Assembly: GCA_036398735.1 (NCBI GenBank)
Contig: DASWON010000221.1
Location: 1 to 56,907 of the forward strand
DNA from: Rhodopila sp.
GTDB lineage: Bacteria; Pseudomonadota; Alphaproteobacteria; Acetobacterales; Acetobacteraceae
DNA length: 56,907 bases
Direction of reading: 5' to 3'
Positions within the stretch are counted from its first letter, which is position 1. Each line of letters begins with the position of its first letter. A program made the translations under genes and the position numbers. Positions 1 to 9,762 of this stretch are shown one piece after another. The notes below the pieces were generated by a model. It was not told where the DNA came from. It was given only the letters and a program-made list of their open reading frames with translations, and made no database searches.

Positions 1-1068
1 GGGCTTCACCGCCTTGTTGAAGCCGTCGATGGTCTCGCGGACCTTCGCCGGGTCCAGCTTCATCTTCACCGCGAGTTCCTCCAGCGTGTCCGCCTTGATC
101 GCGGGAAACACCGACGGCATGAACAGCGGGAATGCCTTGGCATCGCAGATCGAGTAGGCGATCTGGCCGGGCTGCTGGGCGATCAGGCGGCCCCAGATGG
201 CATAGCGCTTAGGCCAAACGTCCTCGCCCTCATCGTAGAAGCGGTCGCCGTTGCGGTTGACGACGACGCTATAGGGTACGCTGTCCAGCCGGGTCGTGAT
301 TCCACCGTCGAACTTCGGGGCGCGAGCGTCGAGCGCCACCGCATGGCACTGGGTGGGGTCGCCCACCGAAGCCACGCCCTGGCTCAGCAGATTTTTCAGC
401 ACCCGGCCTCGGTTGTAGGGCGTGCCGCGGATCACGAAGTTGTCGACCGCGTCGCCCCAGTATTCACGCATCCAGTCCAGGTTGGCCTGGAAGCCGCCGG
501 AGGAGGCTACCACACAGCGCGCATGCACCGTTTCGGGGAAGCCCTTGTAGGTGATGTCGATCGAGCGGACCGACCCGTCGTCCATGTTCATCGAGACGAC
601 CTCGGTGTCGTACAGCACCTCGACGCCCAGCCTTTCAGCGGTGAGGTAGTAGGCGTTCACCAGCGCCTTGCCGCCGCCCAGGAAGAAGGCGTTGGTGCGG
701 CCGAGGTTCAGCGTGCCGGTCAGCGACGGCTGGAACCGCACCCCGGCGTCCTTCATCCAGCCGAACACGCCGGATGAGGCCCTGATGGTCATGCGCGCCA
801 GCGCTTCGTCGGTGTTGCCGCCGGTGACCCGCAGCAGGTCGTCCCAGTACTCGTCTTCCTTATAGGCGTCCGTCAGCACGGCGTTCGGCTGGTCGTGCAT
901 AGCCCGCAGGTTACGGGTGTGCCGGCTATTGCCACCGCGGAACGCCCTGGGCGCGCCCTCCACCAGCAGCACGCTGGCGCCGGCCTGCCGGGCAGTGATG
1001 GCAGCGCACAGAGCCGCGTTGCCGCCGCCCGCGACCAGCACGTCATAGGTCTTTGTTCGATCAGGCAT
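1..1068 (-). CDS. tcuA: FAD-dependent tricarballylate dehydrogenase TcuA/CobZ family (partial; runs off the left edge of the window)
   Basis: Manual translation from the ATG at 1068 gives MPDRTKTYDVLVAGGGNAALCAAITARQAGASVLLVEGAPRAFRGGNSRHTRNLR, i.e. a GxGxxA FAD-binding motif plus the RGGNSRHTRN signature. The frame is open to base 1 and is absent from the ORF track. Confidence 0.85.
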   Translation of the reverse strand, partial: MPDRTKTYDVLVAGGGNAALCAAITARQAGASVLLVEGAPRAFRGGNSRHTRNLRAMHDQPNAVLTDAYKEDEYWDDLLRVTGGNTDEALARMTIRASSGVFGWMKDAGVRFQPSLTGTLNLGRTNAFFLGGGKALVNAYYLTAERLGVEVLYDTEVVSMNMDDGSVRSIDITYKGFPETVHARCVVASSGGFQANLDWMREYWGDAVDNFVIRGTPYNRGRVLKNLLSQGVASVGDPTQCHAVALDARAPKFDGGITTRLDSVPYSVVVNRNGDRFYDEGEDVWPKRYAIWGRLIAQQPGQIAYSICDAKAFPLFMPSVFPAIKADTLEELAVKMKLDPAKVRETIDGFNKAVKP

Positions 1069-1164
1069 CCATCCCCTCCGCCGACGGGTTCTTTCCTACG
1101 AACGCTTGCTGGATCGTGCAAGGCGTGCGAATTCGGCGTTCGAGATAGCGGGAAGGGGGGCGAA

Positions 1165-1698
1165 ATGGCCGAAGCCACCGACGGGCGTGCCTGGTTTGAA
1201 ATCGTGCGGGACGTGCTGAAGCGCCACGACGTAAGTCTGGTCACCTATGTGCCGGACAACGTGCTGCGGCCGCTGATCGCGGCGATCGAGGCCGATCCGT
1301 TCTTTACCTCCTTTGCCTGCACCCGTGAGGAGGAGGCGCTGGGCATCAACGCCGGCGCCTGGATGGGTGGGCTGCGCGGCATCCTGCTGATGCAGACCTC
1401 GGGCTTCGCGACGCTGCCGAACGTGATCGCCTCGCTGTCGGTGCCGTTCCAGATCCCGACCCTGATGATGGTCTCGGAACGCGGCACGCTGGGCGAGTTC
1501 AACATCGGCCAGTCGCTGGTGGCGCGGACCATGCGCCCGGTGCTGGACTGCCTGGCGGTCGAGCACCACACGATGACGCGGCTGGATGAGGTCGAGTTCA
1601 TCGTCGACCGCAGCATCACCCAGGCCGTGGCGACGCTGGCGCCGGTCTGTTTCATCCTGTCGCCGCTGCTGACCGGCGGCAAAGTTTTCTCGAAGTAG
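1165..1698 (+). CDS. ThDP-dependent decarboxylase, N-terminal (PYR) subunit, ComD-like (sulfopyruvate/phosphonopyruvate decarboxylase alpha family)
   Basis: YVPD...TREEEALGINAGAWMGG...LMQTSG motifs. Start MAEATDG follows a purine-rich RBS. Confidence 0.75.
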   Translation: MAEATDGRAWFEIVRDVLKRHDVSLVTYVPDNVLRPLIAAIEADPFFTSFACTREEEALGINAGAWMGGLRGILLMQTSGFATLPNVIASLSVPFQIPTLMMVSERGTLGEFNIGQSLVARTMRPVLDCLAVEHHTMTRLDEVEFIVDRSITQAVATLAPVCFILSPLLTGGKVFSK

Positions 1699-1710
1699 GA
1701 GCACGGGACG

Positions 1711-2340
1711 ATGGTTGCTGTTCCGAACCACCCGGTAAGCCGGGATCAGGCCAAGGTGATGAACCGCTACGACATCACCAGGCGGATGATTGGCCTGCTG
1801 CATCAGGATGAGGCCGTCATCGGCGGCATCGGCTACACCAATTTCGACCTGTGGGCGGCCTCGGAGTCACCCGGCGGGCGGCGGCAGCAGAATTTCTACA
1901 TGCTGGGCAGCATGGGGCTGGCGGTGCCGATCGCGATGGGTGTGGCGATCGCCCAGCCGCGCCGCAAGGTGTTCGCGCTGGAGGGTGACGGCTCGATCCT
2001 GATGCAGCTTGGGTCGCTGTCGACGGTGGCGGCGCGGATGCAGAAGAACCTGTGCATCGTGATCATGGACAACGGCGCCTATCAGATCACCGGCGGTCAG
2101 AAGACGATGACCGAGCAAGGGACCGACATCGTCGGGATCGCTCGCGCGTCAGGGATCGCGCAGAGTGCCTGGGCCGCGGACGAGGACGCGTTCGTCGGGT
2201 TGATCGGGCGATCGCTGAAGGAAGACGGCCCGTGGCTGATCGGCTGCCGGATCGACAACCAGAAGCCGGTCGACACGACGGAGCGCAATCCCGCCCGCAT
2301 CAGGGATAATTTCATGCGTGGCCTCGGGGTGGTGAAGTAG
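1711..2340 (+). CDS. ThDP-binding decarboxylase subunit, ComE-like (beta family)
   Basis: NFYMLGSMGLA and the GDG...DN ThDP-binding motif. RBS AGGAG; 12 bp downstream of the alpha subunit. Confidence 0.8.
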   Translation: MVAVPNHPVSRDQAKVMNRYDITRRMIGLLHQDEAVIGGIGYTNFDLWAASESPGGRRQQNFYMLGSMGLAVPIAMGVAIAQPRRKVFALEGDGSILMQLGSLSTVAARMQKNLCIVIMDNGAYQITGGQKTMTEQGTDIVGIARASGIAQSAWAADEDAFVGLIGRSLKEDGPWLIGCRIDNQKPVDTTERNPARIRDNFMRGLGVVK

Positions 2341-2752
2341 GCAACGGCTCGGGGCGGTGAAGCAGGCCAGCCGCCGTCACCGTTTCGCCGCGAAGCTCAC
2401 CGCGCGGAACAACCGCTCAGTCCGCTGCGAACCTCCCATCGAATCCTGACCCGGGCGGGGGCCGCAGAGGCTAAGGGGGGTGAGGTGCCCCCGGCCGCGC
2501 TCCCACCTATCCTGGCTGGGCCCGGCTCACGGGCGTTAACGGTGGGACATCGGCTGTCCACTCCATGGCCGGGACATCGCCGGTCCACACATCAGCCGGT
2601 CAAATCGGTGGTGCCGGGAACGGTCTCGGCGTCGCATGGCGGGGCCGCCCGTATCCGGCGGAACCGACCGAACCGGCGGCGCGCGGACAGTCTGCGCGAT
2701 CAAATTGGCTTCTCGACATCACGGCCGCAGCCCCGGCGGCAGCCGTCGGGTG

Positions 2753-3745
2753 TCAGACTGAGCGAACCAGCGGCAACTTGGTGCCTGCGACCTGCCTCTC
2801 CGCCAGCACTTCGCGGCGGAAGCGGAAGAGCTTGGCCGGGCGTCCCCCGGTCTCGGTCGTTACTTGTCCTGTTTCCTCCACCAGGTCCTGCTGGTCAATC
2901 AACCGCCGGAAATTCTGCTTGTGCAGCAGGCGTCCGGCCAGGGCCTCGACCGTCCGTTGCAGTTGCAACAGCGTGAAGCCCGCCGGCATCAACTCGAAAA
3001 CCACGGGCCGGTACTTGATCTTGGCCCGCAGCCTGGCGATGCCGGTGGCCAGGATGCGACGATGGTCATGGCGCATGGGCTCGCCGAGGGCCTCCATCAG
3101 GGTCTCGGACAGCTGCGTGGTCTCACATCGCCCTTCGGCGACCAGGCCGGCTTCCCACAGAAGCTCGTAACGCTGCAGGACCAGCTCCTCGTTCCAGCGC
3201 TGCCCGCGCAGGCCGAAGTTGATCGTGATGCGCCGGTGGCGGTCGCGCTGAACCGATGGATCATTGGCACTGTCCGCCCAGTCGTACAGCGCCGGCGCTA
3301 GGAATGCCTCGCCCAACGCGGCACCGGGCCCACGGAAGTCCTCCCATGGGAAGAAGCGGTACCAGGGCTGCCAGGCGGCGTCCCAGCCCTCGACCACGGG
3401 TGCCTCCCGCGTCAGGCCCAGATAGCTGACCGAGACTACCCGGCCGAGGGTGCCCTGCTTACGGCCCTGATCCGCAAAGGTGTAAAGTTGTTCGACGTAG
3501 CCGAGCGGGTGGTGGGTCTGGGTTTCCACCCAGGAGCGCAGCCCGGCCTGCAGCGAGCGATGGCTTGCTTCGAAGGGGCCGGAGGGCAGAGCCTCGCCGC
3601 CTTCGATGGTCAGGACCCGTGGCTGCCCATCGGTCACGGCGACGATCACCGCTGTCAGTTCCGCCGTCACCGAGACGGTGTCGAGGGTTCCTCCCAGGGC
3701 ACCGGCGCCCTCCGCCTGGGTGCTGTCGATACGGTTATCAGGCAT
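2753..3745 (-). CDS. NUDIX + winged-helix NAD-metabolism regulator (NadQ/NrtR-like, COG4111 type)
   Basis: LPSGPF...HRSLQAGLRSWVETQT...LGYVEQLYTFAD; C-terminal FTLLQLQ...LHKQNFRR...GGRPAKLFRF. Confidence 0.8.
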   Translation of the reverse strand: MPDNRIDSTQAEGAGALGGTLDTVSVTAELTAVIVAVTDGQPRVLTIEGGEALPSGPFEASHRSLQAGLRSWVETQTHHPLGYVEQLYTFADQGRKQGTLGRVVSVSYLGLTREAPVVEGWDAAWQPWYRFFPWEDFRGPGAALGEAFLAPALYDWADSANDPSVQRDRHRRITINFGLRGQRWNEELVLQRYELLWEAGLVAEGRCETTQLSETLMEALGEPMRHDHRRILATGIARLRAKIKYRPVVFELMPAGFTLLQLQRTVEALAGRLLHKQNFRRLIDQQDLVEETGQVTTETGGRPAKLFRFRREVLAERQVAGTKLPLVRSV

Positions 3746-4011
3746 GCCCTGCTTGTCGCACGGCGGGCGCTGGCTTCGCTACCGTCAATCCGGCCGGCGG
3801 TTGCGGTTTGACGACCTATGCAGCGGCGCAGCGCGGGACCCTTTCGACCTGGCAGCCGAAATTGGGTGCCATCACGATCTGGCGGACAAGACCGCTCGTT
3901 GGACAAGACCGCACGCCCCTTCCTGACAGCCGGCCAGTTGGGCGCCAGCCTGGTCGGGATCCATCACGACATGCCGTGGCCAACCATTCCTTTACGGTGC
4001 GGGTTCATGTC

Positions 4012-4057
4012 TCTGAAGTCCGCTTTGGCGCGGATACACGACATGGCGGACTTCAGA
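4012..4057. terminator. 12-bp inverted repeat (TCTGAAGTCCGC / GCGGACTTCAGA); probable terminator or REP-like hairpin
   Basis: Perfect 12-bp stem with a 22-nt loop, just downstream of the small ORF ending at 4067. No clear U-tract. Confidence 0.4.
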
Positions 4058-4066
4058 ACCGCCACG

Positions 4067-4228
4067 CTAGCGCTTCTTCAGTGTGGCATCCTGGACCGCC
4101 GCCCCGGCGCCGAACACGATCGCCTGGGTGGCGATTGTCATGATGGCGGTTCCGATAAGGATGCCTGCCAGCCAGGATCCGTCCGGGCGCGGCGGCCGGG
4201 GGATACCCGTGTTCTTGAGGCGATGCAT
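4067..4228 (-). CDS. Putative 53-aa single-pass small membrane protein
   Basis: MHRLKNTGIPRPPRPDGSWLAGILIGTAIMTIATQAIVFGAGAAVQDATLKKR. AAGGGA RBS upstream, one hydrophobic stretch, hairpin downstream. Confidence 0.45.
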   Translation of the reverse strand: MHRLKNTGIPRPPRPDGSWLAGILIGTAIMTIATQAIVFGAGAAVQDATLKKR

Positions 4229-4588
4229 AGTGTGTGTCCCTTGCTGATCGGTATCGGCGTGTGACGAGAGAGCGCATGAGATAGCAAAACTGTATGGGCA
4301 AATGCTTCGTCCTTCTGGCCCAGTCGCTAACTTGGCCCTACTCACCGTTTTTTGAGCACCGCCCGCCCCTGGATCCGGAGGCACAGGAGATGGATTTGGC
4401 ACGGCGTGATCGTGTGAGCCCGCTTGCGGGCCAGGAGCACATTCCCCGCTGTTAGATCCTCCGGTGTGTTCCGCTCCGGCCTCCGTCCGCTCGGCGGGCG
4501 GCGCGACGGCGCGGTGGCAAGGCGGCTGCGTATCGACATGGCCGACGGTCCGGGCAAGTATTCCCGCCCACAATGAAGGGAAACACCG

Positions 4589-5074
4589 ATGGAAGCCCTG
4601 CTGCCCCTGGCCGAGAAAATCGGCGCGCGCCTTAAGCAACGCGGTGAGACAATCGGCATTGCCGAGTCCTCCACCGGCGGCCTGGTCTCTGCGGCCCTGC
4701 TTTCCGTGGCTGGAGCCTCGGCCTATTTTCGCGGCGGCGGCGTGATCTACACCGCCTACGCAAGGAAGGCGTTCCTGGAGATCCCCAACCCGCTGCCGGC
4801 GCCGATCGAGCGTGCTTCGACCGAAGCCTATGCCCTGCTGCTTGCCGACACCGTCCGAGCCAGGCTGGACGCAACCTGGGGGCTTGGCGAAACCGGCGCG
4901 ACGGGACCGACCGGCAACCGCTATGGCGACAAGGCGGGCCATACCTGCATCGCCGTCACCGGCCCCAGCTATTCCAAGGTCATCACGCTGGAAACCGGCA
5001 GTTCCGATCGCATCGCCAATATGCGGGCGTTCGGCGTCAAGGCGCTGGAGTCGCTGGCCGACGCGCTCGGATAG
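4589..5074 (+). CDS. CinA C-terminal domain / NMN deamidase PncC-like protein
   Basis: AESSTGGLVSAAL...GASAYFRGGGVIY...GETGATGP motifs. Confidence 0.85.
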   Translation: MEALLPLAEKIGARLKQRGETIGIAESSTGGLVSAALLSVAGASAYFRGGGVIYTAYARKAFLEIPNPLPAPIERASTEAYALLLADTVRARLDATWGLGETGATGPTGNRYGDKAGHTCIAVTGPSYSKVITLETGSSDRIANMRAFGVKALESLADALG

Positions 5075-5454
5075 AGCCCTGGCCCGGTGCTCTCGGCGTC
5101 ACGCCGACCTGGCCGCACCGACGTCTCGTCATCCACGTTCGCGGCACCGAGCGGCGGACGCGGGTGATGACGGGACTTCGTATTGGTCTACTGCCGCACC
5201 ATCCGGCTCACCCAACGGCTGACGTGCTCGAACCACCGGCAGGCCGTTATTTCGATTTGTTTCATGGTTCCGAAGCAGTTCTGGCGCGGCTCTCACAGCA
5301 AGGTGGACTCGAGAATTACCAACACCGAAGAGATCCACCACCTGAAGAGTAAGGCGAGCGTCACGGTGGCGCGAAAGTCTCTTTGGCTCGTCCTATCGCG
5401 TCGCGATGCGGCACCGGCTTTCAGATGCAAGAAGATCCGCGAGCGGCCGGTTCG

Positions 5455-5530
5455 GTGACCCACGACTTGCACTTGCAAATTCCCCACCGTCGTGGATGGC
5501 CTAGCTTGGGCCGCCAAGCGCGGCCATGGC
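5455..5530. repeat. Degenerate copy of the REP-like palindromic repeat family
   Basis: GGTGACCCACGAC...GTCGTGGATGGCC, related to copies at 22242, 22377 and 47076. Confidence 0.5.
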
Positions 5531-5652
5531 AACCGGGGGCGAGCAGTAGGATGTCGGCCAGGGTGAGCGCTCCAGGCACGCTGCCATGTTAACGGTTCTG
5601 GGACCCCGTCGGCTCCGCCGCGCCGACGGTCTGGGCACCCCGGTGGTTCCGG

Positions 5653-6162
5653 TCAGGAGGTTGCCGCTCTGGCCGCGGCCCAGGCCATGCGGGACGACCG
5701 GTGATGCGCGTGGCAGATTGCCACCGCCAGCGCATCGGAGGCATCGGAGCGCCGTATCAGCGAGCCGGGCAGCAGGCGGCGCACCATCATGCCGACCTGC
5801 GCCTTCTCGGCCCCTCCGGTTCCGACCACGGCGAGCTTGACCGTCTTGGCGGCGTATTCGGTCACCGGCACGCCGGCCAGTGCCGGGGTCAGCAGTGCCA
5901 CCCCGCGCGCATAGCCCAGCTTCAAGGTCGCTGCGCCGTTGCGGTTCACGTAGGTCTCCTCGACCGCGGCCTCGGCCGGGCTGTGCTGCGTCAGCAGCGC
6001 CATCAACGCGTCATGCAGGATTTTCAGCCGCAGCGGCACCGAGGCGGTGGTGTCGGTGGCGATAACACCATCCGCGATATGCTTCAGGCGGTTGCCGTCG
6101 ACATCGATCACGCCCCAGCCCGTGAAGCGCAGACCCGGGTCGATACCAAGCAGCCTGATCAT
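5653..6162 (-). CDS. ruvC: Holliday junction resolvase RuvC
   Basis: MIRLLGIDPGLRFTGWG, AVEETY, LGYARG and DASDALAVAICH catalytic motifs. Confidence 0.95.
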   Translation of the reverse strand: MIRLLGIDPGLRFTGWGVIDVDGNRLKHIADGVIATDTTASVPLRLKILHDALMALLTQHSPAEAAVEETYVNRNGAATLKLGYARGVALLTPALAGVPVTEYAAKTVKLAVVGTGGAEKAQVGMMVRRLLPGSLIRRSDASDALAVAICHAHHRSSRMAWAAARAATS

Positions 6163-6284
6163 TGACGAATCGCGTTCCTTCACCCCGCTGCGCATGCTTA
6201 TACGGGAGCGGCACGCCACGCCATGCTATCCAATGCCGAACGATCCCCGGCGATCGGTCGCCCATCGACGAAGAGCAGCCCAGA

Positions 6285-6953
6285 ATGAAGATCCACGTCG
6301 TGACGCCCTATTTTGAGACAGAGGCAGCCTGGCTGCGCCAGGCCCATGCGAGCGTCCGTGGCCAGACCGCGCCGGCGCATCACATCCTGGTCTGTGACGG
6401 TTCGGCGCCCGCTCAGATTGAGCAGTTTCAGGGCACCCACATCATCCTCGAGCGCAACTACAAGGATTACGGTAACACGCCACGGTTGATCGGCTGCTAT
6501 CACGCGATCACCCGCGGCGCCGATGCCATCGCGTTTCTTGACAGCGACAACTGGTATCAGCCGGATCACCTGGAGAACCTGGTCCGCTTTGCCCACGACA
6601 ACCAGCTTGACGCCTGTTCCTCCGCCCGGACGCTGCACCGGCCGGACGGCTCGTTCATGATCAAGTGTCCGATGGTGAACAGCCGGCCGTTTATCGACAC
6701 AAGTTGCCTGCTGGTGATGAAGTCGGCCTTCCAGCACCTGATCGCCTGGGCGCTGTATTCCCAGGAGGTGGCCGCGGTGATGGACCAGCACGTGTGGAAT
6801 CACATGAAGGGCGCGGGCGCGCGGCTGGGGTTCCTGGACAAGGCGACGCTATGCTACCGCACCCGCCATGCCTCGCATTACCGGCTGATCGGCGAGATGC
6901 CGCCGAGTGAGGCGGTCGACCGGATCGATCTGCATGGGGACCGCTATCAGTAG
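6285..6953 (+). CDS. Glycosyltransferase family 2 (GT-A fold)
   Basis: IHVVTPYF...SVRGQT...VCDGS...AFLDSDNW (DxD motif)...IDTSC. Confidence 0.8.
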   Translation: MKIHVVTPYFETEAAWLRQAHASVRGQTAPAHHILVCDGSAPAQIEQFQGTHIILERNYKDYGNTPRLIGCYHAITRGADAIAFLDSDNWYQPDHLENLVRFAHDNQLDACSSARTLHRPDGSFMIKCPMVNSRPFIDTSCLLVMKSAFQHLIAWALYSQEVAAVMDQHVWNHMKGAGARLGFLDKATLCYRTRHASHYRLIGEMPPSEAVDRIDLHGDRYQ

Positions 6954-7320
6954 CCCCATCGGGGAGCCGTTTGCACCAGCCAGCCGAATTGTTGGCCCTT
7001 CGGCGACGGCCGGCTGGATGGTGTCGCATTTATTTTCGCGGGCAGCCGCCGCGCATCCGGCCAGCGGCAACGCTGACCAATAAGATGTCTCCGCCGGCCG
7101 CCGCGGCAGCCGGCGGAGACGCTGGTTCGAAGCGACAGCCGCGGGGAGCTATCGAGCGGCGACCATCCCGGGCGGTCGATTCGGCCTGACGATTCCCGGG
7201 GGCAGGCCCGCAGCGCCGGTTCGACCCTTTGCAAAGCCGTGCCTTCAGCGCCGAGCATTTGATAGTCCTCAGGAGGCGGCGCGGCCGCCCCGGCAGCCGC
7301 CAACGGTCGCGCCGCTGCGG

Positions 7321-8070
7321 TCAGGCGGACAGCTTCTGCATCACCTGATCGGGTATGTCGAAGTTGGCATAGACGTTCTGGACGTCGTCGTTCTCCTCCA
7401 GCGCATCGAGCAGTTTCAGCACGCTGGCGGCGCGGTCCTCGTCGAGGGTCACCGACGTGGTCGGGCGCCAGTCCAACCTGGCGCTTTCCGGCGGGCCGAA
7501 GCGGGTCTCGAGCGCGTCCCGCACGGCGAAGAAATCCTCGATCGGGCAGGTGATCTCGTGCCCTTCGTCATCGCTTTCGGCATTCTCCGCGCCGGCCTCG
7601 ATCGCCGCCTCCAGCATGTCGTCGGCACTGGCGGCGGAGGCAGGATAGCGGATCACCCCCAGGCGGTTGAACAGGAAGCTGACCGAGTTGGTCTCCCCCA
7701 GCGCACCGCCGTACTTGTTGAAGGCGGTGCGCACGTCCGAGGCGGTGCGGTTGCGGTTGTCGGTCAGCGCTTCGACAATGACGGCAACTCCGGCTGGTCC
7801 GTAGCCTTCGTAGCGGACGTCCACGTAGTCGTCACCGCCCCCGGCGCCAGCCGCCTTCTTGATCGCGCGATCGACCGTATCTTTCGGCATGTTGGCCTGG
7901 CGCGCCGCCGTCACCGCCGCTCGTAGCCGCGGGTTCGAGGCCGGGTCAGGCAGTCCGTGCCGGGCGGAGACGGTGATCTCGCGGATCAGGCGCGCGAACT
8001 GGCGGGCGCGGCGGGCGTCCTGGGCGCCCTTGCGGTGCATGATGTTCTTGAACTGGGAATGGCCTGCCAT
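7321..8070 (-). CDS. yebC: YebC/PmpR family protein
   Basis: [30 protein letters not shown] and DDVQNVYAN motifs. Confidence 0.95.
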   Translation of the reverse strand: MAGHSQFKNIMHRKGAQDARRARQFARLIREITVSARHGLPDPASNPRLRAAVTAARQANMPKDTVDRAIKKAAGAGGGDDYVDVRYEGYGPAGVAVIVEALTDNRNRTASDVRTAFNKYGGALGETNSVSFLFNRLGVIRYPASAASADDMLEAAIEAGAENAESDDEGHEITCPIEDFFAVRDALETRFGPPESARLDWRPTTSVTLDEDRAASVLKLLDALEENDDVQNVYANFDIPDQVMQKLSA

Positions 8071-8180
8071 GGATGACTGATCAGTTGGATGTGGATGGAC
8101 GCCACTTCATACAATGCAAAGCGGCGGCGGGAAACGTGATCCGGATTTCGTCCCCAAAGGCGGCGCCGAATGCGCCGGCC

Positions 8181-8246
8181 CGGGGAATGACCCGGCGGGG
8201 AATGACCCTTCCGGGGAATGGGCTTGCCGGGGAATGGGCTTGCCGG
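8181..8246. repeat. Four tandem 15-16 bp units with core CGGGGAATG
   Basis: cggggaatgacccgg / cggggaatgacccttc / cggggaatgggcttgc / cggggaatgggcttgc. Confidence 0.7.
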
Positions 8247-8366
8247 CGGGTGGACCCTGCCAAGGCGATGGGCGGGCCGGGGGGAGGCGCCGGCCGAGCG
8301 GCCTCCGCGGCCAGAGGCGGCAAACACAACGTTGGCCGTGTCATCGCGAAGCTCAGAGTCACCCGA

Positions 8367-9182
8367 CTACACCACCGGCATCGCCTGGGCGAGGCGGCCG
8401 CCGGTGCGGACCGGCTCGATCCGGCGGGCGAGGCCCGTCGTATCGTCGGTCTCGACGAACACGCCGCAGATTGTCGCGGGACCCTCCGCCGGCCCCAGCT
8501 TCTCCCCCGGCATCTTGCGCCAGAAGCGCACCGCTGCGCTGTCCTTCACCATGCCGATGACGCTGTCGTAGTCGCCGCACATTCCCGCGTCCGACTGGTA
8601 GGCCGACCCGCCCGGCAGGATCTGCGCGTCCGCGGTCGGGCAGTGGGTGTGGGTCCCCACAACCAGCGACACCTGGCCGTCGAAACTGTGCGCGTACGCC
8701 ATCTTCTCGCTGCTCGCCTCGGCGTGGAAGTCCGCGACGATCGCCTGCACGGAGGCCCCCAGCCGGTATTTCGACAGCACCTCGGCGGTGCCGCGGAACG
8801 GGCAGTCGAGCGCGTCCATGAACAGCCGCCCCATTGCCTGCAGCACCAGGGCCTTGCGGCCATCCCGCAGCGTCACCAGGGTCGAACCGCTGCCGGGGGT
8901 GCCGGGCGGATAGTTCAGCGGCCGCAGCAGCCGGGGGTTTTCGGCGATATAGGGGATGATCTCCTTGCGGTCCCACGCATGGTTGCCGAGGGTGATGACA
9001 TCGGCCCCCGCCGCGAACAGGTTGCGTGCCATATCCGGCGCCAGGCCGAAGCCGTGCGAGGCGTTCTCGGCATTGACGACTGCAAGGTCGATGCGCAGGT
9101 TCTCGCGCAGGTCCGGCAACCGCGCTGCGACCGTGTCACGGCCAGTTCGGCCAACGACGTCGCCCAGAAAGAGTATCCTCAA
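8367..9182 (-). CDS. ymdB: YmdB-like metallophosphoesterase (TIGR00282 type)
   Basis: LRILFLGDVVGR, NAENA, TLGNHAWD, DFHAEASSEK and GTHTH motifs. The TTG start overlaps the ygfA stop (TTGA). Confidence 0.9.
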   Translation of the reverse strand: MRILFLGDVVGRTGRDTVAARLPDLRENLRIDLAVVNAENASHGFGLAPDMARNLFAAGADVITLGNHAWDRKEIIPYIAENPRLLRPLNYPPGTPGSGSTLVTLRDGRKALVLQAMGRLFMDALDCPFRGTAEVLSKYRLGASVQAIVADFHAEASSEKMAYAHSFDGQVSLVVGTHTHCPTADAQILPGGSAYQSDAGMCGDYDSVIGMVKDSAAVRFWRKMPGEKLGPAEGPATICGVFVETDDTTGLARRIEPVRTGGRLAQAMPVV

Positions 9183-9742
9183 CGTGTTCCCTCGCACCGG
9201 ATGATGCCGTTCTCGGTCGCCACGGCATCGAGGCGTATGTCGTAGGGACCAACCGGCACGGCGTCCACCTGCTGCGCGGCAAAGGCGCATCCGAGGCGGA
9301 ACCGGTTCGGCAGCCCGGCGAGCGTGCGGTCGTAGAAGCCGCCGCCATAGCCAAGGCGTCCACCGGCGCTGTCGAACGCCAGCAACGGGATCAGCAGCAC
9401 GTCCGGCGTGAGGATGGCGCCGACCGGACGCATAGTGCCGAATCGCTCCGGTAGCAGCACGTCGCCGGGTCGCCAGCCGCGGAACGTCAGCTTCTCGCCC
9501 CGCCTCGGGGTGACCGGCAGCGCGACCGGGTGGCCCCGCTCGTGTAGGGCATGCAGCAGCGGCCGGATGTCGATTTCCTCGCCGATCGGCCAGAAGCCGG
9601 AGACGATGGCAGCGTGCGGCGGCGGGCAGTCCCGCAGCACGTGGGCTGCCAGCGCCCGTCCGGCGGCCGTGGGGTCGAGGCCGCGCCTGCGGGTCAATGC
9701 GGCCTCTCGGGTGGCCTGCTTGGCGGTGTCGAGATCGTTCAT
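9179..9742 (-). CDS. ygfA: 5-formyltetrahydrofolate cyclo-ligase
   Basis: PLLAFD...RLGYGGGFYDRTL signature; lies downstream of 6S RNA. Confidence 0.92.
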   Translation of the reverse strand: MNDLDTAKQATREAALTRRRGLDPTAAGRALAAHVLRDCPPPHAAIVSGFWPIGEEIDIRPLLHALHERGHPVALPVTPRRGEKLTFRGWRPGDVLLPERFGTMRPVGAILTPDVLLIPLLAFDSAGGRLGYGGGFYDRTLAGLPNRFRLGCAFAAQQVDAVPVGPYDIRLDAVATENGIIRCEGTR

Positions 9743-9762
9743 CGTAAGGAAAGCAGTATGTT

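Noticed and set aside
4338-4358. NadQ operator
   Set aside because: Half-sites are mis-spaced and degenerate relative to ATRCTCA-N3-TGAGYAT.
4397-4412. Sigma54 promoter upstream of the cinA-like gene (TTGGCACG)
   Set aside because: No GC at the -12 position.
5129-5458. Short ORFs between the cinA-like gene and ruvC
   Set aside because: Overlapping candidates on both strands, none with an RBS, codon bias or motif support.
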